Source of the DNA: Acholeplasmataceae bacterium
GTDB lineage: Bacteria; Bacillota_I; Bacilli_A; Acholeplasmatales; Acholeplasmataceae
Direction of reading: 5' to 3'
Length of the DNA stretch: 40,546 bases
Assembly (NCBI GenBank): GCA_016934175.1
Contig: JAFGTI010000044.1
Span: forward strand, 1-40,546
This document shows, piece by piece, positions 39,668 to 40,546 of the stretch (position 1 is the stretch's first letter; each line of letters starts with the position of its first letter). The translations under genes were made by a program, and so were the position numbers. The notes beneath the pieces are model-generated. The model was not told the origin of the DNA, made no database searches, and was given only the letters and a program-made list of their open reading frames with translations.

Positions 39668-40519
39668 ATGAGTAAAATTGCTATTTTAACTTGTAGTAAT
39701 GCTGGTTTAGATTATTTGGATTACCCCAAAGATATCATTATTTTAAGATCAGCTATACATTTTGGAACTGATGAGACATATGATGATTTTGTTGATATGG
39801 ATGCCAAAACTTTTTATGAAAGAATCGCAAAAAATCCGAATGATATTCCCAAGACTTCATATGTTTCCATAGGCAAAATGATGGAGTATTTTGAACAATT
39901 AGAAAGCGAAGGTTATGATGAGGCTTTAGTTATCACGATTTCATCACAACTTAGTGGACTATTCGAGGCGGTAAAAAGAATCGCATCTGAAGTAAAAATC
40001 AAAGTAACTGCTTTTGATTCATTAACACTTGCTTACGGTGAGGCTTATATGGTCTTAGAAGCTCACAAATTAGCTACAAAAGGGAAATCAATGAATGAAA
40101 TTGTGAAGCATCTAGAGAAGATTAGAGACAATGATCGCATTTATTTTGCCGTTGATACATTACTTTACCTTGTTAAAAATGGACGCTTATCTAAACTTCA
40201 AGGAACACTTGGAACTATGTTGCAACTTAAACCTTTACTTGTATTAGGTGATGATGGGAAAGTCACATCTTTAGAAAAGATTAGAACGACTCATAAAGCT
40301 CAAGTTCGTGTATTAGAAAAGTATATAGAAGATACAAAGGATTTAAATGTGTTGACATATATCGCTCATGCACACAATGAAGAAGCTGCAAAATGGTTTA
40401 AAGATGAAATTCAAAAAGTGTATCCAAAACGTGAAGTGGTGGTAGCGTATTTGACACCAGTTGTTGGAGCTCACACTGGTCCTAAGGGTATCGGAGTAGG
40501 ATATATTAAATTAGATTAA
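39668..40519 (+). CDS. DegV family fatty-acid-binding protein (FakB-like)
   Basis: PKTS, ISSQLSG, FDS, LVKNGR, LKPLL, PVVGAHTGP. Confidence 0.93.
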   Translation: MSKIAILTCSNAGLDYLDYPKDIIILRSAIHFGTDETYDDFVDMDAKTFYERIAKNPNDIPKTSYVSIGKMMEYFEQLESEGYDEALVITISSQLSGLFEAVKRIASEVKIKVTAFDSLTLAYGEAYMVLEAHKLATKGKSMNEIVKHLEKIRDNDRIYFAVDTLLYLVKNGRLSKLQGTLGTMLQLKPLLVLGDDGKVTSLEKIRTTHKAQVRVLEKYIEDTKDLNVLTYIAHAHNEEAAKWFKDEIQKVYPKREVVVAYLTPVVGAHTGPKGIGVGYIKLD

Positions 40520-40546
40520 TGAATAAAACCAGTCATAATAAATTGA

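Overview
AT-rich, gene-dense chromosomal segment read in genetic code 11 (TGA serves as stop, Trp is TGG). Firmicute-like housekeeping synteny, several lipoproteins and no peptidoglycan genes in the window suggest an Acholeplasmataceae-like Mollicute (inference). In order: HtrA/PDZ lipoprotein, CinA/PncC, rpsF-ssb-rpsR with an S6:S18 leader, an in-frame GdpP (c-di-AMP phosphodiesterase)-ribosomal protein L9 fusion, replicative helicase, dps, prfA-prmC-tsaC-typA-rpiB-upp, a full F1Fo operon (atpZ-like, I, B, E, F, H, A, G, D, C) whose c subunit has the Na+-binding signature, DUF1146, a PhnDCEE ABC transporter facing a cytoplasmic 5'-nucleotidase-like enzyme, a PDZ-less HtrA followed by a 1198-aa acidic repeat lipoprotein, yigZ, cca-yhaM-SRAP, a duplicated PrsA-like lipoprotein, walJ-rlmH-HAD, an unannotated 48-aa ORF coupled to an S24/S26 peptidase, and degV. 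No rRNA, tRNA, CRISPR array or transposase was seen. The strongest leads are the GdpP-L9 fusion with its retained internal Shine-Dalgarno site, the alternating Cys-pair repeat architecture of the giant lipoprotein, and the small ORF plus S24/S26 peptidase pair.
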